The notes under the pieces are model-generated. The model ran no database searches, was not told where the DNA came from, and saw only the letters and a program-made list of their open reading frames with translations. From Catajapyx aquilonaris (lineage: Eukaryota): a stretch of DNA of 64,000 nt. How positions within the stretch are numbered: the first letter of the stretch is position 1; each line of letters begins with the position of its first letter. Below, piece after piece: positions 51,761-63,975 of the stretch. The stretch is taken from assembly GCA_000934665.2 (NCBI GenBank), contig KZ538255.1, positions 1 to 64,000 of the forward strand, read 5' to 3'. The translations under genes were made by a program, and so were the position numbers.

Positions 51761-53027
51761 TGACTCGCCCCGGACAAACCTCCAAGGCTACCTGACCCAC
51801 TTTTGGACTACTGACAGTTTAACCCAGATAGCACAAGTATCCAGGCAGAGATGTCCATGTGGATATCCCACAGACATATCAACAAATCATGCACAATCTT
51901 GATGCGTAATAATAAAGCAGAAAGTTTGTCTGTATGTCCAGGATGCCTTTGGCTGATTATAAGTCCGACAACCGCACTTTTTAATGTCAACGGTTTATGA
52001 TTTAGTTCCGTTTGTATGGGCCAGCTTCAAAGGTCATCCACGGTCAGAAGTATATAACGGCGGACGTTACCTTTCGCAGGTATACTCTGGTGGGTGCTAC
52101 GTCCAGGCGATGCATGTCCATGGCTGTGTCGCACTACACGCTGCAAGAATAACACAGGTGTCAAGCTGATGGCATCAATTTAAATTTTAAAAATGGTAAT
52201 GCATGTAGTGTGCCTGTTCAGCATATGATTACGTAGGAAATCATTAACTCTTGCTGTAATTAATGACTACCAAACGAGTGACTTGCTGGGGACACTATTG
52301 TTTCAAAATACTGGAAATAATTTATTTTGTCCCCACAGGCTGCATCTTAATTTCAATGGGTGGAATTTTCATCGTACTACTAGTTACTTCTAACTTCGCA
52401 GTACCAGTGAAGTGTAATGGTGCTAAGTTAGCAGTAACTAGTAGTACGATGAAATTTCCAGCCTATAATGGCAATCAACGGAGCATGAATGTACGCAACG
52501 CACTATGTTTATTAGGTTGCAGGGCGTCATAATTTAACAGAACTTTCTGATCGTGCAATAGGCACACAAGTTGCTAATCATCATTGTTACCAAGAGCTCA
52601 TAATATTAGCTCTAGTTGTTACTAGGTTATATTTGCACATGTCTTGTCATGTTTTCATGTGGGTGATTTACTCGCATAGCTTGAGCTTATCAGATGACTG
52701 ACCGGTCAACCCATGAATCATGCATGAATCATTACAAATCTTTCCCTGCTTGACATATGTGGCAGAAGTGTCCACTGCTCAATACAGCAGAGCAACATGC
52801 TAGCAGCAGAGGTCCAGCGTCGGACAACCCGGGTCAAAACTCTCAGCAACATCGGAAGGTTGGGGAGATTGGCCGTTGGATCAAGAAGGATGCCAAATAC
52901 AGGTAGGATGTACTGTACAAGTGCGCACGTATCATTGATGGTAATGAGCCTGTCCAGCATGGCTCAATACACATTTTGTACCCCCCAAGAAATAAATAAA
53001 TAAGTACGCTTTTGTATGCTCTATTAA

Positions 53028-53309
53028 CCCTGGAACCATGACGTGCCTGAAAGTTACGGCAACCGTGACGTGGGGTCTTTTAGGACCCCATCCATATTTT
53101 ATTTTTTATTAATTTTTAATGCTTTTCAATGTATTGACTACATGCAATATTATTCTTTGAACAGTGCCTAAAATGATTGCTAATTCAAAATAAACATGCA
53201 CTTCCTGTTATATACTGAAAAAAATGGCAGCAGTTGATTGTACTTATATCATTTTAATGCATTTTAATTACTTTGGGGTCCTAAAAGACCCCACGTCACG
53301 GTTCCAGGG
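53028..53309. mobile_element. piggyBac-type MITE
   Basis: TTAA|CCCTGGAACC...GGTTCCAGGG|TTAA plus internal inverted repeat ACCGTGACGTGGGGTCTTTTAGGACCCCA. Confidence 0.85.
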
Positions 53310-54029
53310 TTAATTAATTAATTATTAATAATTTAGCAATGAGACATTTTGCCTTTTGGTATGAAACCGTGTATTGTACAGCCAGTCATCGTTGCGACAC
53401 CATTGCATGTTTGTACTTGCACCAGCTAATTACCCTGGAATATTCTTCAATGGCTGTGTGTCATAACTAGAGATAACTTGAACTTGATGAGACTTGTTAC
53501 AGTTATGTCTATATACAGGATGACTCAAAAGTCGTGTCCAGACATTTATTGAGTCACCCTGTAGTTTTGTAGGCATGCGTCTACTTGTTGATCTCGCGAC
53601 ACGACCTCTGTGTCTATGTCAACACCCAGTCACACTTAATGACCTTTGACCTCACCTGAGTAAATCACCTCCCAAACAGCCAGACGCGAACTAATAACGA
53701 AAAAATTAATCGAACGAACGAAGACAACACGACCACAAGAGCGACGCCATACATAATTTAAAATTTGCACTGTTGCCAGATCATGCCACTAATTTAAAAC
53801 AATCTATTAGAGGTAATTAGTGAGCCAGTACACACATTATAGCTAATGAATTTTATTTATCACATTAATTATTTAAAACTATGCAAGATCGTTTTGGAAT
53901 CGTTGAATCTGTCAACCCTGGTGATTTATAACCGCCACTTTTTTTAGTATGCCTCCCCTCATCTATACCCGTCCTAAGCCTTCGAATCCCCCCTGATAAA
54001 ACCGGTCCCGATTTTACCCGCCCAAAACC

Positions 54030-54593
54030 CTCTTTTGAACGTTAAAAACCGTGTTGGGTCCTGCACGGCCAACCCGCCCACCCAGTCCCCGCCCCCTCAA
54101 CCCTTGACGTCATCCCCGCTCCGAACCAATCGGATTTGAATAGACCACCCAGCCCCCTCTCCGATTGGTCCGAATGAATCAGGCCCGTTTGAGATCGGTT
54201 ATATCACGCAGCTATTTCGATGTAGCAGCTACTTCCTCGCTCGTATTAGCTGAGAGCGTCTACATCCCGAGTGGCTACGTGTTATTTCCGAGTGGCAGCT
54301 GCTGTGCTTCATTCGGTCCCCCTTCCCCCCTCCCTCCCTCCCTCCCTCGATGTGGCGAAATAGAATTTTCGGTTATTTAAGATGGCCGCCCATGATCCAG
54401 CTGCGGGGACTGGTGGGGGGCTTGCTGCGTAGTGGGTCTCGTAGTAAGGGTCTTGCCGAGGGGAAGGGCTGGGGGGATCGGGCCTGCTCGGAGGAAAGGG
54501 GCTGCTGACGGGGACGGTACGGCGCACCCCGCTTTACAAGGGGAGGCTATGCGGAGCTGTCAGCTGAACTGAGTCCGTGCCACTTCACACAAG
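54030..54593 (+). promoter_or_regulatory. Putative PPM1D promoter and non-coding first exon
   Basis: GC box CCCCGCCCC about 54087, CRE TGACGTCA 54105-54112, CCAAT 54126-54130, TTTGAA 54135-54140, ATTGG 54164-54168, YY1-like AAGATGGCCGCC 54379-54390, donor AAG|GTGAGA after 54593; acceptor at 55444 just upstream of the ATG. Confidence 0.65.
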
Positions 54594-54599
54594 GTGAGA

Positions 54600-55400
54600 A
54601 GGTGGGTCATGCCCGACACTCGACACGCGCGGGTCATACACGTACGTTGCAGGTAGTACACACTCGTTACATACTGGCTATACATCGTTACAGATCATGT
54701 GCACTTGTTACAGGTCGCACATGCTCTGTACGCACAGGTCGTGCTCATTACAGGTCGTGTGCACTTGCTACTAGTCATACATGCTCATTATACATGAGTT
54801 ACAGGTCATGTGCATGTGTTACAGGTAATATGCACTCCTTACACATAGGTCATACTCATCGCAGGCCATACATGCTCATCGCAGGCCATACATGCTCATC
54901 GCAGGTGATATGCAGTAATTACACGTAAGTTACACTCATTACAGGTCATGTGCATTTGTTGCAGGTCATACACAATTGTTACATGTCATACGCACTTATT
55001 ACAGATAGATCGTACTCATGGCAGGGTCATATATGATCATTGCAGGTGATATGCACTAATTACACATAAGTTGTACTCAGAGGTCATACACACTCATTAC
55101 ACGTAAGTTATACTCATTACACGTAAGTTATACTCGTTACAGGTCATATGCATTTGTTGCAGGTCATACACACTTATAACACATAGATCATACTCATTGA
55201 AGGTCATACATGCTCGTCACAGGGTCATATGCGCTCATTGCAGGTGATACACACTAATTACACAGGTCATACATTCATTGTGGGTCATACATGCTCATTA
55301 CAGGTCTTATGCACTCATTACATAGGTCAAACTCGTTTAACAGCTTATACGTACAGGTCGTACTCATTACGCAGGTCATATGCTCATTACTGGTCGTACC
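54600..55400. repeat. Degenerate 20-21-bp minisatellite filling PPM1D intron 1
   Basis: Repeated ACAGGTCATACATGCTCATT-like units. Confidence 0.85.
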
Positions 55401-55449
55401 CATGCTGATGACATGATGTACTAACCCACGTGTCCCCTTTCCAGTGACG

Positions 55450-58400
55450 ATGCCGGGTGCCAGCATAGGGGTGAACCTGCGGGTGACGGGGCACTGCAAC
55501 CAGGGGGGGCGCAAGTACATGGAGGACGTGTTCAGCGTGGCCTACCAGCAGACGGAGGACGAGAAGGACCTGGAGTACGCCTTCTTCGGGATATTCGACG
55601 GCCACGGAGGGAGGGAGGCCGCCCTGTTCGCAAAGGAGCACCTGATGGACCAGATCGTGTCGCAAAAGGGGTTCTGGTCAGACTCAGACGAGCAGGTGAC
55701 CAAGGCCATTCGGGAGGGGTTCATCGCCACGCACTACGCCATGTGGAAGGAGCTGGGTGAGTCGGATCCCTTTCAAGCAGATAGTATGCTGCATGTCCTT
55801 TGCGGAAAAAGATCGTTGCAAGCGTCTGGAGTGCAGCAGTCATTATGATTAGTTGGAAGTTATTTTTGCGTCACTGCTTGAGTCATGATAGCTGCTGCTT
55901 GCGAGAAGTACTCGCATGTTCTCACCAGAACGGATGATAACGGGCAGGAATTTTCAGTCCATTGCCGTATAACGAGATTCCTTGTTTTTGTCTAGTGCAG
56001 CAACAACTAAAGATTATAAAGTGGAGGGATTGAAATGCCTGCGAGTGATAACGTTTTTATAGAATGCTGGTGTTTTTTACCGTTAAGTTTAAAAAGTGTG
56101 AATCTCATCAGGTGACTTCAATGCTCGTCAGATTTGCAATTAATTTATCCCAAATTTCGCTGTGAAATTTATGCTGCCGTTTTGTTGAAGAACAAAATTA
56201 CGTGGAAAATATTTGAGCTACAGTTGTTATTTATGGCTTGTCATAACTGGGAAGACAATTCTAATTCCTTTTTGTGATTAATGCAAGGTCTGATAACGTT
56301 ATAACCGACATTCTTTTTCCTTCTCGGGTACAATTTGTCGTAAGTGTAAAGTCGCACTTTGAAGTAGTTCGAGTTCCAAATTGTTTTGCCCCTAGCCAAA
56401 GGTCGGATACTTTTTGATCAGACCTAGAAAATGTGCAGTATTGACCTTGAACCGAAAATTTTGGAAGCCCAATTCCTGAAAATTCAGTTTCTGAAATAAC
56501 AATTTCTCAAGTTGAAAGGAATTAATTGGGTGAAATCCAACACCAATTTTTGTTTGCTCGTCCGAACGGTTGCAATCGCGCGTCTATTGGCTTTCCGTCT
56601 GGAATTGCTGAAAATTGTGTGCGCAAGGAAAGCAACGCAAATAATACAGCCGTTTTTGTTTTGTTTGCTCTGTTTATATTTGTCGGTTTTGCCTTCACCG
56701 AATTGCCCACTGGCTTATCCGGATGACATGGTAGGAGAGTCGACAGTCTGCATGCAAGCACACACTTGATCAGGAAATCAGTTGGGGGTCATCAATAGAT
56801 AACGCATCCTGTGCAGACACTCCCACCATTAAATGACGTCGGGAACTGTTTGGAGACGGAAAAACCTCAGTTTGAATGGGCGTGGGGGGTGCAAAGGTTG
56901 AGAGCGTTTTACTCAGAAGAACGCATGTTTTGAGTGCAATATTTGAGCCGTGCCGTTGCGTTGTAGACACCACACGTGAATGCTGGTCTACGTCAAAGGA
57001 GGCCGGAGTATTTTGGCAAGGGAAAATGCCTGTTTGGCCTCCCAGCCCTGTCTGCCGTTTCTTTTTGGCACCTGCTCAGCAGGAGGGCTCGCAGCAAAAA
57101 AAGAGGAGAGCATGCTAAAAAAAAAAAGTGTGACGTCCTTCGTGTGTGTGTTGCGTCATGCGTTTGAATAATCAATTCCGAATGAGAAGAGGCGCCTTCC
57201 TTGTCTAAATGGTTTCAATCAGATTACCTTCCACCAGTTCCACCCACCTCTTCCTTCCTACAAATTCCTGCTGGGGGGTGCAGGAGCAAGATGAGACTTG
57301 CATGACAGCTGTTTATGGGTGTACAGGGGGTGCAAGTTGGGACAAGGTTTTCTGAAATTCCATTCATTTGGATGCCTTCCGGGAATAGTTTGGTGACAGG
57401 AGGGATTTACAGTCAGTCAAAAATAAGTGCATTGGGCTCAAAAGGTAGCCCAAACGGGAGTCTTGCTTCTCCGACATAAAGCCGCATTTACATGTGAGCG
57501 ATGTTGGGGCGAAAATATGTTGTTACATCGCTGCGTGTCAACACAGCTTAATGAAAGCAATACATACATTCTACGTAGGAAAATATTTATTAAAAATAAT
57601 TTCTGTATTTTCATTGCCGTATCAATTATACGAAATTACTTGCAGTATGTGCCTGAATGTAATTAAAAAGTAGTTTGTTCTCAATTTTTCCTGCCTTCTT
57701 TTGCAGAGAAATGGCCCAAGACGCCTTCCGGACTGCCCAGCACTTCGGGCACCACGGCCAGCATAGTGTTCATCCGACGTGGGAAAATCTACATAGGTCA
57801 TGTTGGAGACTCGGCGATCGTCCTGGGATACCAGGAGCCAGGGGAGCTTCCGTGGCATGCGCGGCCTTTGACCCGCGACCACAAGCCGGAGTCGGCCCCT
57901 GAGAGCGAGCGGATCTCGCAGTCCGGCGGGAAGGTGGTGTGCAAGTCGGGTGTCCCTCGCGTCGTGTGGAACCGTCCCCGCCTGGGCCACAAGGGGCCGG
58001 TGAGACGGTCCACCCACATTGATGAGATTCCCTTCCTGGCCGTGGCCAGGTCGCTGGGTGATCTCTGGTCGTACAACTCCACCCGCAACCAGTTCGTCGT
58101 GTCTCCAGAGCCGGACGTGTGCGTCGTACCCATTGACGTCACAAGGCATCGCTGCCTGATTCTGGGCACCGATGGCCTTTGGAACATGCTCAGCTCCGAG
58201 GCTGCAGTGCATGCAGTACTAGCCGCAGAGAAGCACAACGAGAAGCGGATGTTGGGAGTGCAAGACGATGGGAAGGTTGGTACTTTGCATCAAAGTGAGG
58301 TCGAAGTTTTCCTTAACCGCAGTTTCCGACTTCTCAGGGCCAGGTGTGGATCAACCCGTCGAAGCGGCTGGTGGATCGAGCCCTGGAGCTGTGGAGTGCC

Positions 58401-59955
58401 AACAAATTCCGGGCCGACAACACCAGCGTGGTGACCGTCATGCTTGACCCCCCAGGTCCGCCCAGGTCACAGGTGAGATACCGTGTCCATGCATTACTAA
58501 TACCAGTTTCTTCACGTCTGATTCATCACATGTCGCTACAGATGCTGCTAATTCGATCATTCATATTATGTGGAAGCGGCTTACGAAACGTGCTTTGAGA
58601 AGTCACTTGCATCACAATTGAATTACATTAGAACGGTGGAATAATTTCAATTTACAGCAGTATGATCGCACATCAATTAATTTTTCTGAAACAATGGAAT
58701 AATTTCTATCCATTAACTTTGCTTGGAAAATAGAATACGTATATAATTCTATGATATTGATAATTACACTCTTGAAAGTCAAAATAATTTTTAAATAAAG
58801 TAGTTTGGAGTCTCGCTGCCAGACAGTTCAGGTAACGGTCACCTTTCTGCCTCTGCCACCCTCCCACCCTTCCTGGATATGCGGATATCTCGGCAGGTGT
58901 TGATGAGGCAGAAGCGTCAGAAGCTGTCACCGATCTCCAACCGTAGCCATAACCACCACCATAATCACTCTCCCAACTGCCCTTACCACCAGACGTCCTC
59001 AATGCCACGGCCGCCGCCGCCACCACCTGCCACCGTGGACGCCCCAGTGGTTGCAGCAGCCACTTCGATGTCTCCCTCCGATGACGACGAGGAGGGCCGG
59101 AGTGATGGGCAAGGCGCTGGTGATGTAGAATGCGGTCAAGCCGGAGCCGCCGTCGAGTGTGCCAGTGGAGCTGTTTCCGAGTGTGGTGCTGATGACAACA
59201 CCGGAGCTGACAGTAAGCCGAGTGCTGATGAAAATCAGTGCGTCCAACCTGAGAAGAAGTGCGGCCAAGCTCCGGCCGACGGTCACACTGGAAGCAAGCT
59301 GAGCAACGCATTGATTGTAAAGCATGGCCAGAGTGGGGATGAGAAGGTGTGCAGTCCAGAGGTGTGCGACGTGAAGCATGCTGTCGAACCAAAGCCTGTG
59401 GAGAAGCAGAGCTGCAGTGGAGTGGAGAAGAGATGCGGCCATCCTGGAGCAGATACAGCCGTGCAGATCAACGAGGTGTCCAGTTCGGTGGACCCGCCGG
59501 TGCATCGCAAGCGGCGGCGCGGTGCCACACCAGGCGCATCCAAGCGACGCACCCGATCCGACACTGCGAGGAACCCAGGCATTGAACCCGCGGCACAGGA
59601 GGAGTCCGGAGCAAGCGACACCGAGAATCAACGTGCCGCAACAGCCGCCGAATCGTTGGTCGCCGCCACCACGTCGCTCCCTCTTGCAGAAGTTGGACCC
59701 GCGGCTCAAGGGCAGGCCCGCCGCCTTCTGCGTAGCTCGAACTGCAACTGTGATGGGCGGGTGACCCCTCCGCCATCCGCCGCTCCGACTCTCAAGACCC
59801 GCAACCTGAACGTGTACGTTGGTGTGAAGAGGAGGGCCATGGGACCAGAGGCACCGGCGGCGGTCGGAAAGGTTTCCCGTCGGCACCACCCTGGTAGTTG
59901 GAGGACGGTCAGGCCAATGGTCACCAGGAGTAAAATGAGGACGCTGAGGAAGTGA
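55450..59955 (+). CDS. PPM1D: Protein phosphatase 1D (Wip1, PP2C family), about 689 aa, 4 coding exons
   Basis: Exons 55450-55756, 57707-58275, 58338-58472, 58897-59955 (2070 nt). PP2C motifs [41 protein letters not shown]; Wip1-specific loop [53 protein letters not shown]; long disordered basic C-terminus. Confidence 0.96.
57480..57548. mobile_element. PIF/Harbinger-type MITE (family H), short
   Basis: TAA|AGCCGCATTTACATGTGAGCGATG...ACACAGCT|TAA. Confidence 0.6.
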
Positions 59956-62026
59956 ATATTTTTTTTACACAAATATTACCAATCATGTAAAAAAGAAGGC
60001 CCGTTAACTGACCGGTTTACAGCTCGCATTTACAGTGGGCAGTTCTATGTCTCTTTATTGTTAAGTTTTTTGTTGGTTGTTTACATTAGCTGATTGGCCC
60101 CCTTTTTTTTCCGGGGAAAGAAATCATGAACTGTAGGAGTTAGTCGAAGGAGATTTAATCGTGGTGATGAAAAATGTGTACAGTCAAGACATTTTACAGG
60201 CTGAACTTTAAAATATGTTTATTAGCGTATGGCAACACAGAGGTTAACCAGCTAAAATTGCAGCACTCTGTTTTTTTAAACGGCTGGCGGGATTGTACAG
60301 GGGAACTTTTTACAATTCTGCGGTGTTTTTTTCGTGGCACAAGCAGGAACATGCGGTTATGACCGCATTTGGGGGGGGGGGGGATTAGTAAGGATGCAAT
60401 TGTTTTGTGTTTAGAGCGGCACGTATTTCCTTGCGATCAAGTTGCTTACAAGTCTTTCGAGCTAAACCGGAATTCTTGATTGTTGTTGACGCTGCGACTG
60501 TTTTGCGAGGAATTACGATCCGCTCCGTGCATTGGGTCGCAATGAGATGGCGCACTTGTTGCAGCGAAAAAGTACTGTTGGTATCTATCTGTACATAGAA
60601 ATTACGCTGCACGTACTATTTCGCTGCACTTGTTTCCGATGCTGAACCATCATGTGACATGGAACTGCCCTGGTGACAATGCAACGTTTGGGGCCCCGAA
60701 CAATACGTATAAAATCCGGTGGGAACTCTTCATGTGTAGTCATTAGGAAATTTTTAATTCCATTGTGAACCTTATTTTTACTTTATGTGAATTACGAGCA
60801 AGAAAAGCTGGTCAACTTGTTAAACCCATTGGGCGGGGAGGGGAAATGGCACGTTCTATTCAAAAGAGTGCGAGTTACCAATATTCTGACAGGAAATAAT
60901 AAATAAAAGCATTATGAAGCTTTTACGTTTTTTGACGTGTCCTAGTTGTGTTCATGTTCCGCACCCTTTTTATTGTTGCCCCCTTCCCACCACGAGAAGT
61001 ACAAAGCCATCGCAAGAGATAAGTCAATTGCATTGTTGAAGGTTTGGTTTTTCTTTTAAAAGAATAGTTTCCGTGAGCGGCTCGATGCTGATTGGAATTC
61101 TATCGCCTAACCCACTTTTTATTTTACATTGGCAAATTCGTGCGACTTTACGTTCTGGGAATCTATGAATATGTACAGTACAATGGATATGATTGTTGTA
61201 AATAGTATATTTTATTCTGCATATCCTCTGTCCAGTTTTGATTCCCAGGAAAATATTACCGGACGTCAGCTTGGTTTTTAATTTTTTCTTATTAGATTTG
61301 AAGTGTTGCGGATGTTTATTAGCTTCCAGGTTTTATGTAGCGATATTGTAGCGAGTGTGGAAATAGTATTTTTGTAACAGTTCTGTGCAAAAATTATGTT
61401 TGCGTTTCATGAAGCCAATGTTTTAAACGAGGTAAAAAGTAACGTCGATTTAGAGAACACGAATTGAATATATTTATTTGTGGGTGTCCGCAGGGAAAAA
61501 AAGATAATTTTGAAGCACAAATTGCATGTAAATATAGTTTGTAAAAGTTGTCCGTATTATGTTCGCAACCAACGTAGATTTGCAAATTCTGTGCTAATAA
61601 TCATGGTGTATGCATTTTTTTCGACAATTATTTTCCATCGACAATGATTCCAGTTATTCGTGACTGTTGGGCGAATCGTTGTCTTTTCGTTTCTACTCAG
61701 CTGCGAATCATGAATTTATTTGGACCCACGTAATTTTACATGTGACGAACAAATTGGGTTGACCGAAGTATGCAACATTTTTTTTAAAACTTCCCTTGTT
61801 ACCTCAACACTGGATTTTTTTTTTCTCTGTTTCTTGGATGAATTTGGTGTTCATCAATTTGTATAAAGTGAAAACAAAAAAAATAATAGAGTCAAATTTT
61901 TAATAATGACAATTGTTTTTTTCCCAAATATAATATATAAATAATAAAGATTATACAGAATACGACTTGATTTATTGTGATTTTTTTTTTTTTTTTGTCG
62001 GCAGCGCAAGATTGATGGTGACAAGT

Positions 62027-62889
62027 TTATTGATCTCGTACGGTGTAATTGAATTCTGGTTCGGTTTTGGGTAGTACATCCGGTTCGGTTGTTAGTTGGA
62101 CAGGGTGTTCATCCGCATTTGGCTGTTCGCTGTACAGTTCGCCATTGGAGCTGTCCGAGGAGTTCCTTCCTTTGAAAACGGGATCAAAGTGGCTTTTGAC
62201 GTGACGCACAAAGTTGGAGATGATCCACCGCTTTCCATCCCGTTTGGTACTCGTCTGTAATGGACAGGAATGAGCATTTTGTACGGTACGTCCAACTGTG
62301 CCGCACTTACTTGCGAAACCTGAGTACGTCCGTGACATATAGGACAGTTGACGTGCGCTGAAAGTTTAAGTTTCTGCCCGTCTGTTGTATCGGATGCTAT
62401 GATTTCCACAGCCAGTTCCTCGCCCACACAGTCGGGCACGTACTTCATGAGCCATGCCGTAATTAGCTGCTGCACTTTACATCTCTCCTCATCCGGTCCG
62501 ACAGACGCTGCTGCTGTATCCTCTGTGGTCTCCGCATGACTCCGCTTCTTCCGAGGCGGCTCAGCCCTCGTCTCCTTGAAGTACTCCAGCGGCTTCTGTG
62601 TGCAGTGATCCTTGATGGCCTCCAGCAGATGCATGTGTCCGGGAAGGATCTGGAACTTGTGCGGCCTCTCGTGGAATATCCCAAATGCAATCTTCATGTC
62701 CCCCTGCGGCACCAGGTCCTTCATCTCTGTCCGGGCGAACATGAGCATCTTCTGGACGTCCTGCGCGTCCATCAGCCTCACAGACACTGGGTTGTCGAAC
62801 CCTGTGATGGACATCAGGTGCTTCAAGTACGGAGGCATCGTGATGTCCAGATCACGGCTTATTATGTCCCAAAAGGGGCTGTCCTCCAT
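62027..62889 (-). CDS. Uncharacterised protein (about 268 aa): N-terminal SAM-like helical region, C-terminal Cys2-His2 zinc-finger-like motif
   Basis: Acceptor CAG at 62895-62893, ATG 62889, exon 62889-62311, 56-nt GT-AG intron, exon 62254-62027; phase 0 join gives CPICHGRTQVSQTSTKRDGKRWIISNFVRHVKSH. AATAAA on the minus strand at 61976-61971. An upstream exon lies outside the window or is hidden in repeats. Confidence 0.75.
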
Positions 62890-62899
62890 TGCCTGGAAA

Positions 62900-63975
62900 T
62901 GATTACAAAATTGACTACACTGTGAAATCATGGAGTAATCAAGGCATGTAAATCTTGCTAATTACGGAGTGTAATCTGGGGGGCATACGGCAAGGCCTGG
63001 AAGAGCGAAGGAGACTACTGGTGGGAGCCATCTCGAGTAAGCGATGAGTGTAATCATGATGATTACAGTTTAGATCAGTCAGATTACTCGTACCTGTTAC
63101 GTATGTGCCATCATCATTATGATTACACAGATTATTACTTGTCAACTAATGTATTCATCACGAAACTGTAATATCATCATGATTAGACTCAGACCACCGT
63201 GTCCTCACAGTCTCCATTGCCCTTCCAGGAGTTGTAATCATCCTCATGATTACACTGATTACTCTGTAACGATTGTAATCATCACGAAAAACTGTCATGA
63301 TTACCCTGATTTATGCTAGTTACGGCAAGGTTACGGTATGTGTCCTTCCAGGCTTTGTGACCATCTTGATGATGAAGGACATGATTATCGTAATCATCTT
63401 GATAACGTGCTAGTTATTGTAATCATCATGACTATTGAATTACTCGGCAATTATTGTAATCATCACCAAACTTCAATCATCATTAGGCTAATTACTCGGC
63501 ATTGCCAGTTACATGTACAAGTGCCCTCGTAGTGTCCTTCCAGCATCTTGATGATGATGGTCATGATTATTGAAATCATCATGATTACACAGATTACTCT
63601 GTAAGTAATCATGAAATTGTAATCATGATTTCAATGATTACTGGGTATTGCCAGTTAGTGTCCTCGTAGTGTCCTACTTCCAGGCTTTGTAATCATCATC
63701 ATGATTACACTGATTTTACTGGGTAATTAGTGTAATCACCACCAATATGTAATCCGTTAACGCTGGTTATGTGCAGCCTACAGCGTAACAGAGACTGTGA
63801 GGCCACTGCAGCGTCCTCGCAGTCTCCGTTGCCCTTCCAGGCTTTGCAATCATGATTACACTGATTACCACACATATGGTAATCACCACGAAACTGTAAT
63901 ATAATCATATGATTACACTGATTACTCGAAAATTATTGTAATCATTACAAATCGGTAATCATGATTACTCAGTTG
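62900..63975. repeat. Degenerate palindromic satellite GTAATCATGATTAC
   Basis: Dozens of GATTAC/GTAATC motifs and a higher-order unit marked by CCTTCCAGGCTTTGTAATC. Confidence 0.85.

Noticed and set aside
58706..59889. Long antisense ORFs (228 and 296 aa) over the last PPM1D exon; similar shadows over MED13 and Cytospin
   Set aside because: Expected shadows of GC-rich coding exons; no recognisable motifs or splice support.
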